Shown piece by piece: positions 1 through 9,745 of a DNA stretch of 20,000 nucleotides. Source of the DNA: Chiloscyllium plagiosum (taxonomy: Eukaryota); contig NC_057719.1 of NCBI RefSeq assembly GCF_004010195.1, forward strand, positions 55,751,152-55,771,151, read 5' to 3'. The position numbers and the translations under genes were made by a program. The notes beneath the pieces are model-generated. The model was not told the DNA's origin, searched no databases, and saw only the letters and a program-made list of their open reading frames with translations. Each line of letters begins with the position of its first letter. Position 1 is the stretch's first letter.

Positions 1-1895
1 AATAATAGTTAAACAGCGGCAAAAACAAAAACACAGGAGGGATAGAAATTGGGGAAAAGAGAAATGCTCAAGTGGTAAGAGAAAGGAGATCTTATTGATG
101 ATAATACAGATAGTTTACCACAGGGTAAAAAGGAAACCCATGAGAGGGAAAGAAAAATAGAAAAGCTCAGGTGTTTTCAATGCAATAAAAGTAGGCCATA
201 TGAAATCCCAGTGTTGGCAGTTTAGAAAAAGCACTGGGAAGACAGATGTGGGAAAACAGGAAAAACCAGTGAGTTTTGTTGAAATGCTAAAAGAAAGCAT
301 GGTGGAAGCTAAAAAGCTGCACCAGAATATCCAACCTGGTCAGGGGCTGGGTGAGGAGAAAGTGCTAGATTTCTTTAAAGAACATACTTGCATGTGTACG
401 GTTTACTGGTATATGCCAGGAGAAGCAGGTAAAGGAATTAAAATTTTAAGAGCTATAGAAGTATGGTGAGAGATGTAGAGATATTTCCAGAAAAGTTCGT
501 AATAAATGGATTTGATGGCGAGAAGAGCAGTGTTCCATTATGTAAAGTAAGATCGGACAGTTTGGTGAAAAGTGGTGAAGTAGTGTAGGAGTAATAGAGA
601 AATCTTTGGTTCCAGGAATCCAATTGATCCTTGGTAATGATATAGCTGGATCAAAAACAAGAACCGGTCAAGGACTAAGTGGATATTTTTAGTTCAGTGA
701 AATTAACTGAGTCACAACACATGAAAAACTAAAGCAATTGTATCAAAAAGCATAAACTGAGCAAAAATCTGAGTGTATCCCAGAAAATTACTATCTTAAG
801 AATGATGCACTGATGAGGAAATGGAGACCATACATATTCATGCAGTTACGAAATGGACAAAAGTTCATTGTGTGGTATAGAATGGAGGTGTTGCAGGTAG
901 CACATGAATTACCAGCTTAAAAGTCATGCTATTTGGTTTGAAAAGTGCACCAGCCAAATTTCAAAGAATAACCAATAAAGTCATTTCTGGATAGCCCAAT
1001 TGTGTATTGTGCCTGATGATGTTTAGTCATTCATGGAAGGAATGCAGCATCCATCGGAATTGTTCAGTCAACTTTGGGAGGCGGGCTTGGTGATAAATCT
1101 GGCTAAGAGTGAGTTCACAAAAGCCCATGTTACATTCCTGGGCCATGTCATCATACAAATGGCCCCATGGGATGTGAAAACAAAGATTATTGGGGAGTTG
1201 CCCATACCATCGACAAAGAGGGCAGTACTGCAATTCCTGGAATTGAACAGTTTTAGTCGGCAGCTCATACCAAATTTTATCAGCGTGGCTGCTCCACTCA
1301 CTGAATTGCTACAGAAAGCCAAGACATTTCAGTGGACAGCAGACCATCAGAAGGCATTTGACAGCCTGAAAGCTGCCTGAACCATTGTCTCAGTGTTAAC
1401 CACATTTAATTATGTAAGGTGGCTATTGATGTGCACGTTGGTGCTATACTCTGTCAAGAAGACAAAGAGAAGATAAAAATACCTACTGGGTAATTTTCCA
1501 GAAAAATGAATAATCATGAGCAGAATATTCCACAATTAGAAGAAAACCTTGATCCTGGTGTTGGCATTACAACATTTCAGTATTTATATATCCAGTAATA
1601 TGTCTGAGACAAGGTATATGCTGATCATATCCTTAAAGTTTTTGGAGAAACTTATGGACAACAATTCCAGACTGTTTAAATGGAGCTCATTATTGCGGCT
1701 ATTCAATTTGAAAATTATACATGGGGCATGACAATAGAACACATTGGTGTGACTGGGATGAAGGAAGACTAAGGTGTTTGGTGGTGGGAGTAAATGGACT
1801 GTTGTAGTGTATGTTTGCATGCTTGGAGTCAATATAATGTATAGTATTGTGCTAATAGAGTAAAATTAAGAGTTTTAAAAATGAAGCCATCTTTG
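1..1895 (+). mobile_element. Decayed Gypsy (Gmr1-like) LTR retrotransposon internal region: gag zinc knuckle, protease, integrase N-terminus, RT, RNase H; runs off the left window edge
   Basis: CFQCNK[+1 frameshift]VGHMKSQCW CCHC knuckle (172-217). Protease C-terminus VPGIQLILGNDIAG (609-650). YYLKNDALMRKWRP...YRMEVLQVAHELP (789-914), resembling an integrase zinc-finger start. RT motif KVMLFGLKSAPAKFQR (920-967), then LWEAGLVINLAKSEF..VTFLGHVI and FQWTADHQKAFDSLK (1033-1380). RNase H end RLFKWSSLLRLFNLKIIH (~1665-1725). Many stops, frameshifts and deletions. Confidence 0.9.
920..1731 (+). pseudogene. pol: Gypsy pol RT/RNase H pseudogene fragments
   Basis: ORFs 1033..1380 and 1549..1731 plus the upstream VMxFGLKxAPAxFQR motif; YxDD region degraded near 1010-1020. 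Confidence 0.88.
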
Positions 1896-2210
1896 TGAGG
1901 AAGTTACAATGTCACAGAGGGGTCAGTTCCATGCTTTACTTCTCTTCAGGGCACACTAGGGTCTGTAGGGTTAAAAATCCCAGTACCAAAAAAACTTACT
2001 GCAACAGCAACTGAAAGCCTGTACTCTTTCAATCCACACATGTGGAATCCCCCAGTCCACGCAAGTAAGCTGAGACAAGGGCTTTGTCCTTTCCAGACAG
2101 GATTAATAACCCTGGCGAGGGGAAAGTGAGGACTGCAGATGCCGGAGATCAGAGCTGAAAATGTGTTGCTGGAAAAGCGCAGCAGGTCACGTAGCATCCA
2201 AGGAGCAGGA

Positions 2211-2248
2211 GAATCGACGTTTCGGGCATAAGCCCTTCTTCAGGAATG
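2211..2248 (-). ncRNA. Minimal hammerhead ribozyme motif in PLE 3' end
   Basis: Minus strand reads CATTC-CTGAAGA-A-GGGC TTAT GCCC-GAAAC-GTC-GATTC: intact CUGANGA and GAAA boxes, helix II hairpin, palindromic ACGT helix III and GUC triplet. Helix I is weak. Confidence 0.65.
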
Positions 2249-2316
2249 AGGAAAGTGTGTCCAGCAGGCTAAGATAAAAGGTAGGGAGGAGGGACTTGGG
2301 GGAGGGGCGTTGGAAA

Positions 2317-3116
2317 NNNNNNNNNNNNNNNNNNNNNNNNNNNNNNNNNNNNNNNNNNNNNNNNNNNNNNNNNNNNNNNNNNNNNNNNNNNNNNNNNNNN
2401 NNNNNNNNNNNNNNNNNNNNNNNNNNNNNNNNNNNNNNNNNNNNNNNNNNNNNNNNNNNNNNNNNNNNNNNNNNNNNNNNNNNNNNNNNNNNNNNNNNNN
2501 NNNNNNNNNNNNNNNNNNNNNNNNNNNNNNNNNNNNNNNNNNNNNNNNNNNNNNNNNNNNNNNNNNNNNNNNNNNNNNNNNNNNNNNNNNNNNNNNNNNN
2601 NNNNNNNNNNNNNNNNNNNNNNNNNNNNNNNNNNNNNNNNNNNNNNNNNNNNNNNNNNNNNNNNNNNNNNNNNNNNNNNNNNNNNNNNNNNNNNNNNNNN
2701 NNNNNNNNNNNNNNNNNNNNNNNNNNNNNNNNNNNNNNNNNNNNNNNNNNNNNNNNNNNNNNNNNNNNNNNNNNNNNNNNNNNNNNNNNNNNNNNNNNNN
2801 NNNNNNNNNNNNNNNNNNNNNNNNNNNNNNNNNNNNNNNNNNNNNNNNNNNNNNNNNNNNNNNNNNNNNNNNNNNNNNNNNNNNNNNNNNNNNNNNNNNN
2901 NNNNNNNNNNNNNNNNNNNNNNNNNNNNNNNNNNNNNNNNNNNNNNNNNNNNNNNNNNNNNNNNNNNNNNNNNNNNNNNNNNNNNNNNNNNNNNNNNNNN
3001 NNNNNNNNNNNNNNNNNNNNNNNNNNNNNNNNNNNNNNNNNNNNNNNNNNNNNNNNNNNNNNNNNNNNNNNNNNNNNNNNNNNNNNNNNNNNNNNNNNNN
3101 NNNNNNNNNNNNNNNN
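2317..3116. other. Assembly gap (800 N)
   Basis: Run of N. Confidence 1.
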
Positions 3117-3402
3117 CAGGTGAATTTGAGGTCAGGGTGGAAGGTGTTGGTAAGTGGATGAACTGTTCAACCTCCTCGTGGGAGCACGAGGCAGCGCCGA
3201 TACAGTCATCGATGTAGCGGAGGAAAAGGTGGGGGGGGGGGTGCCAGTGTAGCTGCGGAAGACGGACTGTTCCACATATCCTACGAAGAGGCAGGCATAG
3301 CTGGGGCCCATGCGGGTGCCCATGGCTACTCCTTTGGTTTGGAGGAAGTGGGAGGATAACTCTGGCCCCAACCCAGTTAACAGCTTCCCTCTTCAATTGT
3401 CT

Positions 3403-3527
3403 TACTTCCTCTCCATATTAGCATAGGTATGTGAATCCCCATTCACTTCCCCTCCATATTAACATAGGTATGTGAATCTCCAGTTACCTCACCTCTATAT
3501 TAGCATAGGTATGTGAGTTCCCCATTT
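3403..3527 (+). repeat. 3 x 41-bp tandem repeat within the solo LTR (U3-like)
   Basis: Core (C/T)ATATTA(G/A)CATAGGTATGTGA recurs at 3414, 3455 and 3496 (period 41). Confidence 0.9.
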
Positions 3528-3713
3528 GTAGCAGGTGAAACTTTTCTGCCTTAATTCCTTGCTATTAACACATAATCATGGCAGATACGATTATCGGTTT
3601 CACACATTATTATAGGACATCGACATTTATCAGGTTTTGTAAAATCATAATTACCTATTTTAAGTTATGTGATGACAATCATCCATGTGATTGATAAGTC
3701 TTTATTCAATTCC

Positions 3714-3830
3714 TATAAAATATACTGTCTCTGGGTGTAAGGCAGAGATTTGTGAAGAAGAGTCGCTACAAGTAAGCACTCGGCTACTTTAGTGACGCTT
3801 TGAATCTCTCGCCGGCTGTCCGATAATAAA
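3714..3830 (+). promoter_or_regulatory. Putative LTR TATA box and polyadenylation signal
   Basis: TATAAAA (3714-3720) and AATAAA (3825-3830) in the U3-R-U5 order expected before the CA terminus at 3893. Confidence 0.5.
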
Positions 3831-3927
3831 TCTACCGCTGTTGAACAGAAAACTTGTGTCATCCGAATTTGTGGAACAAAGCAGACATCAACATTTGTAC
3901 ATTGATGATTTTTTTAAAGGGATTAGA

Positions 3928-4568
3928 TATGAAGATACTGTGGCTTTAAGTGGTGTGCCTTGTCCTGGTTTCTTTTAGAGAGAGAGATTGAGGGACAGGT
4001 GACAATCAGCCTATAAGAAGATAAACAACTGTGAGGCCTTGGGTTTTTTAAAAAGTAGGAACAATAGAAGCAATCTGACTGGGTGTGGACAAGCTCTCAC
4101 AGATCCAGGAGTTTTGTTAAATTTCACTGATTGTTGCTGGGGTTTCAACAGAGTTGGAAGGCAATGAATCTCTCCCAGCTGCTGCACTCTGAATTGTCTT
4201 TTGAGTTTCTTTTCTCCTGGATTGGAGAACTGCATGTGAGTTAATCTTCTTGTGAATTTGCCTTTTTGTCAAGATTATGTTTACGAGATGTTACTATGTT
4301 GGAACAGTTATTGTTGAGTAGTAAAATAATCTACTGTTCTGTTAAGTTTTCCAATAGAGTTAAATTATTCTAAGATCATCTTTCTTTTGTTGTATTTTAA
4401 CTATAGTGTTTGAATAAATTGCTTTTTCTTAATGTTGAGATTTTTTGACCAATTTTAAATTGCATCTGGAACACAACACCCTGACATCTACCTTTAAAAC
4501 AAGAAAAAGTTAGAGTCTAGGCTGCCTTCTTAATAAATTTAGAGGGGGTTCTGGTCTGGTCCATTACA
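3928..4568 (+). mobile_element. 3' LTR of the Gypsy element
   Basis: Follows a T-run and degenerate polypurine tract (AAAGGGATTAGA, 3916-3927). Starts TATGAAG (likely a decayed TGTG), contains AATAAA (4413-4418) and ends CCATTACA (4568). Contiguous with the internal region once 1896-3893 is removed. Confidence 0.65.
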
Positions 4569-5247
4569 GAGATCAGACAGACAAGTTCACTGAAATGCAG
4601 AAAAAAATGTTAAAATGAAACAGAATTTACTTTTATTTCAGGATTACACCATAATTAGTTGGATTAAAAAAGATGCTGCAAAAAAAAGTATCAAGTCAAA
4701 TGATAGAAAGAACATAAAGAGTTACATTATTGATCTGGAGGCAGTGCGTTAAATTATTTATTGGTTTAATTCCGGTACAACATAATCAAAATTAATTTAA
4801 TTTTTATTTAAAAATAAGGCAGGGAGAAAAGCACTTAAACGAATTGTCTGTAGTAACCTATGGCAAAAAGAAAATCACTTAAACTATCTATTCGGCATGG
4901 TCAAAGGTTAGAAGGAATTGATTAAATTAATTATTCAACAATTAATTATGGCAAGAGATAGGCTGAAATAATTTGTTACCCTAAATTGGATGGGGAATAT
5001 TGATTAAATTGATCAAATAAATTAATTGATAGTTTGAGTCTATAAATGGGAAATGGGTTTAGTGAGATGGAGGAGGGGTGTTGATTATTTTAGAGAGCAT
5101 AGTGAAATGTATTTGCAAGTTGCCTTTGAAATGATTGGTTTTCTTATGTCAAATATAACTGGTATAAATGTAATGTCTGATTAAGGTAATGAAGATGGCA
5201 TTTTGGGAGTGTTCAAATCAAGAAAACCATAACATTTTTGTCTCATT

Positions 5248-5760
5248 CCTGTAGGAAGGATGTTGTGAAACTTGAAAGGGTTCGGAAAAGATCTACAACG
5301 ATGTTGCCAGGGCTGGAAGGTTTGAGCTATAGGGAGAGGCTGTACAGGCTGGATCTGTTTTCCTGAAGTGACAGAGGCTGAGGGTTGACCTTACAGAAGT
5401 TTATAAAATCATGAGGCGCATGGATAGGATAAATAGACAAGGTCTTTTTTCTGGAATGGGGGAGTCCAAACTAGAGGGCATGGGTTTAGGCTGAGAGAGA
5501 AAAATTTAAAAGGGAGCTAAGGGGCGACCTTTCACACAGATGGGGATGCGTGTACGGAATGAGCTGCCAGAGGAAGTGAGGGAGGCTCGTGCAATTGCAA
5601 CTTTTATAAGGCATCTGGATGGGTAAATGAAGAGGAAGGCTTTCGAGGGATATGGACCATGTGCTGGCAAATAGGAATAGATTAATTTAGGAAATCTGGT
5701 CAGCATGGACGAGTTAGACTAAAGAGTCTGTTTCCGTGTTGTGCATCTCCACGACTATGA
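5248..5760 (+). mobile_element. CR1 LINE 3' fragment (shark HER1-like)
   Basis: Encodes RKDVVKLERVRKRSTTMLPGLEGLSYRERL-type CR1 ORF2 C-terminus. Homologous to the reverse complement of 10026-10560. Ends in a decayed ACTCTATG-type tail (GACTATGA). Confidence 0.9.
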
Positions 5761-5844
5761 CGTGATAATATACGTAATAAATTATTATGTGGTGATAATA
5801 TAAGAGGCAGGCTGAAGATTTGGTATTAAAAACTAAAGTAGTAA

Positions 5845-6035
5845 TTGTCCCAGACAACCATAGGACTATTTGTTCATTAGAGAGATAATAGGTGGTTGTT
5901 TAACTGAAGGGGTCACCATGCCTCAGGTGAGGAGAAACATTAGGAAGATGGTGCCTTCATGATGACGACAGCCAGAATAGAAGTTGAACTCATGCAGCAA
6001 ATATCACTCTGCATTATTAACTAGCTATCTAGCCT
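5845..6035 (-). mobile_element. Degraded tRNA-derived SINE-like relic (family not determined)
   Basis: Minus strand shows B-box-like GAGTTCAACT (~5983-5992) followed by a body recalled as resembling a shark SINE (CCTGAGGCATGGTGACCCCTTCAGTTAAACAACCACC). Pattern recognition only. Confidence 0.45.
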
Positions 6036-6191
6036 CAGTGTATGTAAATACTATACAGCATGAGTCAGAAATGCCTTTTAGTTTTTGGAGCTGCAGAGAA
6101 TATCAAATTCCAATTAGCGAGTTTTAAGAAGATTTGTAGCTCAGGTTAAGGCTTTGGATGTAAGTTTGCTCACTGAGCTGGAAGGTTCTTT

Positions 6192-6234
6192 TTCAGACAT
6201 TTCGTCACCATACTGGGTAACATCAGCAGTGAGC
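6192..6234 (-). ncRNA. Degenerate minimal hammerhead motif in PLE 3' pseudo-LTR
   Basis: Minus strand GCTCA-CTGCTGA-T-GTTACC CAGTAT GGTGAC-GAAAT-GTC-TGA: helix II 6 bp, helix I TCA/TGA, two substitutions relative to the core. Confidence 0.6.
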
Positions 6235-6319
6235 CTCCGGTGAAGCACTGGTGTTAGTGACCTGCTTTCTATTTATATGTTTAGGTTTCCTTGGGTTGGT
6301 GATGTCATTTCCGGTTCTT

Positions 6320-6619
6320 TTACTCAGACAGTGGTAGATGGGGTCCAAATCGAGGTATTTGTTGATAGAGTTCTGGTTGGAATGCCATGCTTCTATGAAT
6401 TCTCGAGCATGTCTCTGTTTGGCTTGTCCTAGGATGGATGTGTTGGCCTTCCTCAAAGTGGTATCCTTCCTCATCTGTGTGTAAGGATACTAGTGAGAGT
6501 GGATCATATCTTTTTGTGGGTAATTGGTGTTCATGTACCCTGGTGGCTAGTTTTCTGTCTGTTTGTCCAATGTAGTGTTTGTTACAGCTTTTGCAAGGTA
6601 TTTTGTAAATGATGTTCAT
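6320..6619 (-). pseudogene. GIY-YIG endonuclease domain of the PLE (frameshifted)
   Basis: IIY(x10)YIG with CxxC, then R..EH; continues in another frame to REFIEAWH. Confidence 0.92.
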
Positions 6620-8233
6620 TTTGCTTGTTGTTTATATAGAGTCTTTCAAGTTAATTAGCTGCTGTTTTACTGTGTTGGTAGGGTTGCAGGCTACCATGAT
6701 GCCAAGAGGTCTAATTAGTCTGGCAGTCATTTCCAAGATGTCTTAGATGTAGGGGAGAGTGGCTCAAGTTTCTGGGTGCATTTTGTCTGCTTGTTTGAGT
6801 TTATTGCTGAAAAATCGGTGGACTGTGTTCATTGGGTACCCGTTCTTTTTAAATACGCTGTAGAGGTGATTTTCCTCTGCTCTGCGTAGTTCCTCTGTGC
6901 TGCAGTGTGTTGTGGCTCATTGAAATAATGTTCTGATGTAGCTTCGTTTGTGGATGTTGGGATGATTGCTTCCTTCGTTCAGTATTTGGTCAGTACGTGT
7001 TGTTTTCCTGTAGACACTGGTTTGAAGTTCCCCATTGGCTGTTCGCTCTACTGTGGCATCTAGGAATGGCAGTTTGTTGTTGTATTCTTCCTCTTTTGTG
7101 AACTTTATGCCAGTAAGGGTATTATTGATGGTCTTGAAGATTTCCTTGATTTGTTCTGTTTAGTGATGACAAAGGTGCCAGAAACGGAGTGGACCCAAAG
7201 TTTGGTTGGATGGTTGGCACGGCTGTTTGTTCAAGACTCTGCATTACTGCCTCGGCTAAGAATCCTGACATTGGAGATCCCATGGGTGTTCCATTGGTTT
7301 GTCTGTAGGTGTTGTTATTGAAAGTGAAGTGGGTGTTAAGGCATAGGTCCACTAGCTTGATGATGTTGTCCTTGCTGATGAAGTTGGTGGCGTTTGGTGT
7401 ACGTGTCTTTGGTTCTTCTAATAATGTTGTCAGTGTTTCTTTAGCCAAATTGATGTTGATGGATATGAACAGGGCTGTTACTTCAAAGGAGACCATTATT
7501 TCATCCTCTTCTATCTTGGTGTGTTCAGGAATTCTTGGGAGGAGTGAATGGAGTGGCGTGAGTTTTCTACTAAGTGTTATAGTCTTTGGTGGGGTTCCTT
7601 GTCTAATCTGTACTTTGGTGTTCCAGGTAGCATGACTATGGTCTGAGGAGGGCTCCTGGTTTGTGAATTTTGGGTAATCCGTAGATGCGTGGTGAGTTGG
7701 ATCCGTCTGGTTTCATTTTTTGGAAGTCTGTCTTGTTTAATTCTCCAGATTTCTGAAGTTTTTTAGTAGGGCTGTGATGCGGTTCTCTAGTTGTGGGGTC
7801 AGGTCTATCACCACCTGTTGGTAAGTGTAGGTATCTGCAAGCAACATGTTTGCTTTCTCAATGTAGTCTGTTCGGTTTAAAATGACTGTCAAGCATCCTT
7901 TGTCTGCAGGTAGGATAACAATGTTTTTATTTTTTTTGAGACCTTTTAGTGTATTTATTTCTTGTGTATTGAGTGTGTTTCCTTCCTTTTTTCTGCTTAA
8001 TGTTGGTGCGACTGTCTGTCTGATGGTTTGCTGGGTTTCTTCTGTGAGTTTGTTGTCTTTCGCTGTTGTTTCTAATGCTGCTAAGAAATCCTTCTTGTTT
8101 GCATCCCGGAAGTTGTAATTTAATCCTCTTACTAAGACAGCTCTTTCAGTGTCTGTTAAGAGTTGGTCAGGTAAGTTTTTTTTAAATCCAGGCTTCTGTG
8201 TTGTCTGTGTTGTTATTTTGTGTGAGTTTGTCA

Positions 8234-8427
8234 ATTTGGACCCCATCTACCACCTTCTGAGAAAAAGAACTAGATATGACATCACCAATCCAGGAAACCT
8301 AAACACATAAATAGAAAATGGGACATAACACCAGCACTTCACCTGAGGCTCACTAATGATGTTACCTAGTATGGTGACGAAACATCTAAAAATTAACCTT
8401 CCAGCTCAGCGAACAAACCTACATCTA
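8234..8427 (+). repeat. Inverted copy of the PLE 3' end (pairs with 6155-6350), including a second degenerate hammerhead at 8348-8390
   Basis: ATTTGGACCCCATCTACCAC... is the reverse complement of ...GTGGTAGATGGGGTCCAAAT (6331-6350). Contains CTAATGA-T-GTTACC TAGTAT GGTGAC-GAAAC-ATC. Confidence 0.92.
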
Positions 8428-8479
8428 GATCAAATTCTAATTTTGTTGCTCACGATATGCAAGGACAATACTATAGTAC

Positions 8480-8625
8480 CTGTGAATGTAGATAAAGATA
8501 TTTTACAAATAAAACATATATTTTCAACAAAAACAACTCTGGTAGCATATATGGAGAGACAGAAAGAAACATGTTCATGTTTTGAGTTCAATATGACTCC
8601 TCTTCAAGATAGTCATACTGGATCC
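8480..8625 (-). mobile_element. Highly degraded PLE 3'-end relic
   Basis: Minus strand TTGAAGAGGAGTCATATTGAACTCAAAACAT (8577-8608) resembles a decayed CTGAAGA..GAGTC/GACTC..GAAAC motif. Adjacent GGTAGCATATATGGAGAGA resembles the PLE end at 16391-16490. Confidence 0.4.
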
Positions 8626-8757
8626 AGATCTCCTGGGTTTCTATAACATTTTGAGTTTATATGTATTAAATCCATGAATACAAGCTCGTTTTATTTGTAC
8701 CAAATAAGATATTCAGTCCTTTGTGCCTGTGATGGTTCTTATCAATTTAATGACTTA

Positions 8758-9745
8758 AATTGCCTTAGTGACAGGAGACAGAGGATAGTGATTGAAGGAT
8801 GTTCGTGTGATTGGAGCCTGTTGTGCGGTGGTATATACAGGGACCATTGCTGGGTTGCTTATTGTTTTGTACTATTCATAAAGTATGGACATGAAAATGT
8901 GGGAGAGATAAGTTTGTGGATGATATGAAGATTGGCTGGGTGGTTGACAGTGGAGGAAGGTGACAGGAGGATATAAATGGATTGATCAGATGGGTAGATT
9001 AGTGGCAGATAGAAGTTACAGCTGATCAGGTGATGCACTTTGGAAGAAAGATTGAGAGAAGTGAGTGCTCAATCAATGAAAGGACTCTAGGAAACTGAGG
9101 TACAGAGGGATTTTGGGATGCTAATCCTTGGATATCTGAAAGTGGCAGAACAGTTAAAATGGTGATTAACAAGGCATATGGGATGCTTGCTTTTATCAGT
9201 TATGAAATAGATAGAGCAGGGAGGTCGTATTGGAACTTACAGAACTTTGGTTAGGCCACAGCTGGTATAGTGTGTAGTTCTGGTCACAAAGCTATAGGTG
9301 GGATGTGATTGTACTGGAAGATCTTGGTCAATGTTGTCTGGATTGGAGCATTTCAGCTCTGACAGGGACTCGATAAGTTCAGGTTCTATGGAGCAGAATA
9401 ATTTGAGAAGGCACCTAACAGAGGTGCATAGGGTTTAGGGAGATGGACAGGTTGATTAGAAGGTAGCTGTTTCCCTTAGTTGAAGGGTTACTCACAAGGT
9501 AGTGTAATTTTAAAATGAAAGGTAGAAGATTTAGAGGGGATTTGAGGAAAAACGCCCCACCAGAGGATGATGGGCAACTGGAATGCATGCGAGGGAGGGG
9601 AGTTGAGGAGGGAAAGCTCAAACTTTAAAAATTACTTCCTTGAGGACTTGAAGTGTCACCCATTCAAGCGGGACGAGTATGGGTAGTAGTATACCTTTTC
9701 AGGTACAGATTTGATGTGCCAAAGGACCTCTTCTATACTGTATGT
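8758..9745 (+). mobile_element. Old, heavily degraded CR1 LINE 3' portion
   Basis: LSDRRQRIVIEG..DW, GATGATATGAAGATTGG (DDxKIG), AAGGCATATGGGATGCTTG, TTGGTTAGGCCACAGCTGG and TTTAGAGGGGATTTGAGGAAAAA follow CR1 ORF2 order. Confidence 0.8.

Larger units (their letters stand above)
2117..3355 (-). mobile_element. 5'-truncated Penelope-like element (probably Neptune-type) with RT fragment and 3' end; middle lies in the assembly gap
   Basis: Minus-strand HFLQTKGVAMGTRMGPSYACLFVGYVEQ and LFLRYIDDCIG (PLE RT motifs; frameshift in the G-run at ~3231-3241). Hammerhead-like motif at 2211-2248. 11-bp TSD ATAACCCTGGC (2106-2116) / ATAACTCTGGC (3356-3366). Confidence 0.88.
1896..3893 (+). mobile_element. 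Solo LTR (ERV- or Gypsy-type, ~750 bp without its internal PLE insertion) inserted in the Gypsy 3' UTR
   Basis: Starts TGAGG (1896) and ends ATCAACA (3893). Flanked by the 4-bp direct repeat TTTG (1892-1895 / 3894-3897). TATAAAA at 3714-3720, AATAAA at 3825-3830, tandem repeats upstream of the TATA box. Confidence 0.7.
6116..8428 (-). mobile_element. Penelope-like element (probably Poseidon-type) with RT and GIY-YIG endonuclease, 5'-truncated, with an inverted pseudo-LTR at the 5' junction
   Basis: N-terminal NIVILPADKGCLTVILNRTDYIEK (ORF 7737..8246). PRIYGLPKIHKPG (~7655-7693). RT motifs VSFEVTALFISI and YRQTNGTPMGSPMSGFLA (7122..7496). GIY-YIG IIYKIPCKSCNKHYIGQTDRKLATRVHEH (6320..6619) and REFIEAWH. 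14-bp TSD ATCAAATTCCAATT (6102-6115) / ATCAAATTCTAATT (8429-8442). Confidence 0.95.

Noticed and set aside
2269..3396. Long ORFs of 275-375 aa
   Set aside because: Artefacts of the 800-N gap; only the short PLE RT pieces are real.
3403..3527. Regularly spaced repeats resembling a CRISPR array
   Set aside because: Units are head-to-tail and similar throughout, with no unique spacers, no cas genes and a vertebrate TE context.
4570..5245. AT-rich stretch with recurring ATTAAATT motifs
   Set aside because: No consistent period or recognisable coding motif; treated as low-complexity or unassignable decayed sequence.
7309..8118. Plus-strand hydrophobic ORFs 7309..7635 and 7882..8118
   Set aside because: Antisense shadows of the PLE ORF.
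6155..8427. Inverted repeats interpreted as DNA-transposon TIRs (likewise 13562-13895 as a MITE)
   Set aside because: The interior encodes RT and GIY-YIG, not a transposase, and the arms are partial, offset copies of the element's 3' end.
6116..8428. RT plus nuclease as a novel retron- or defence-like system
   Set aside because: RT with a C-terminal GIY-YIG is the standard Penelope architecture, and this copy is pseudogenised.
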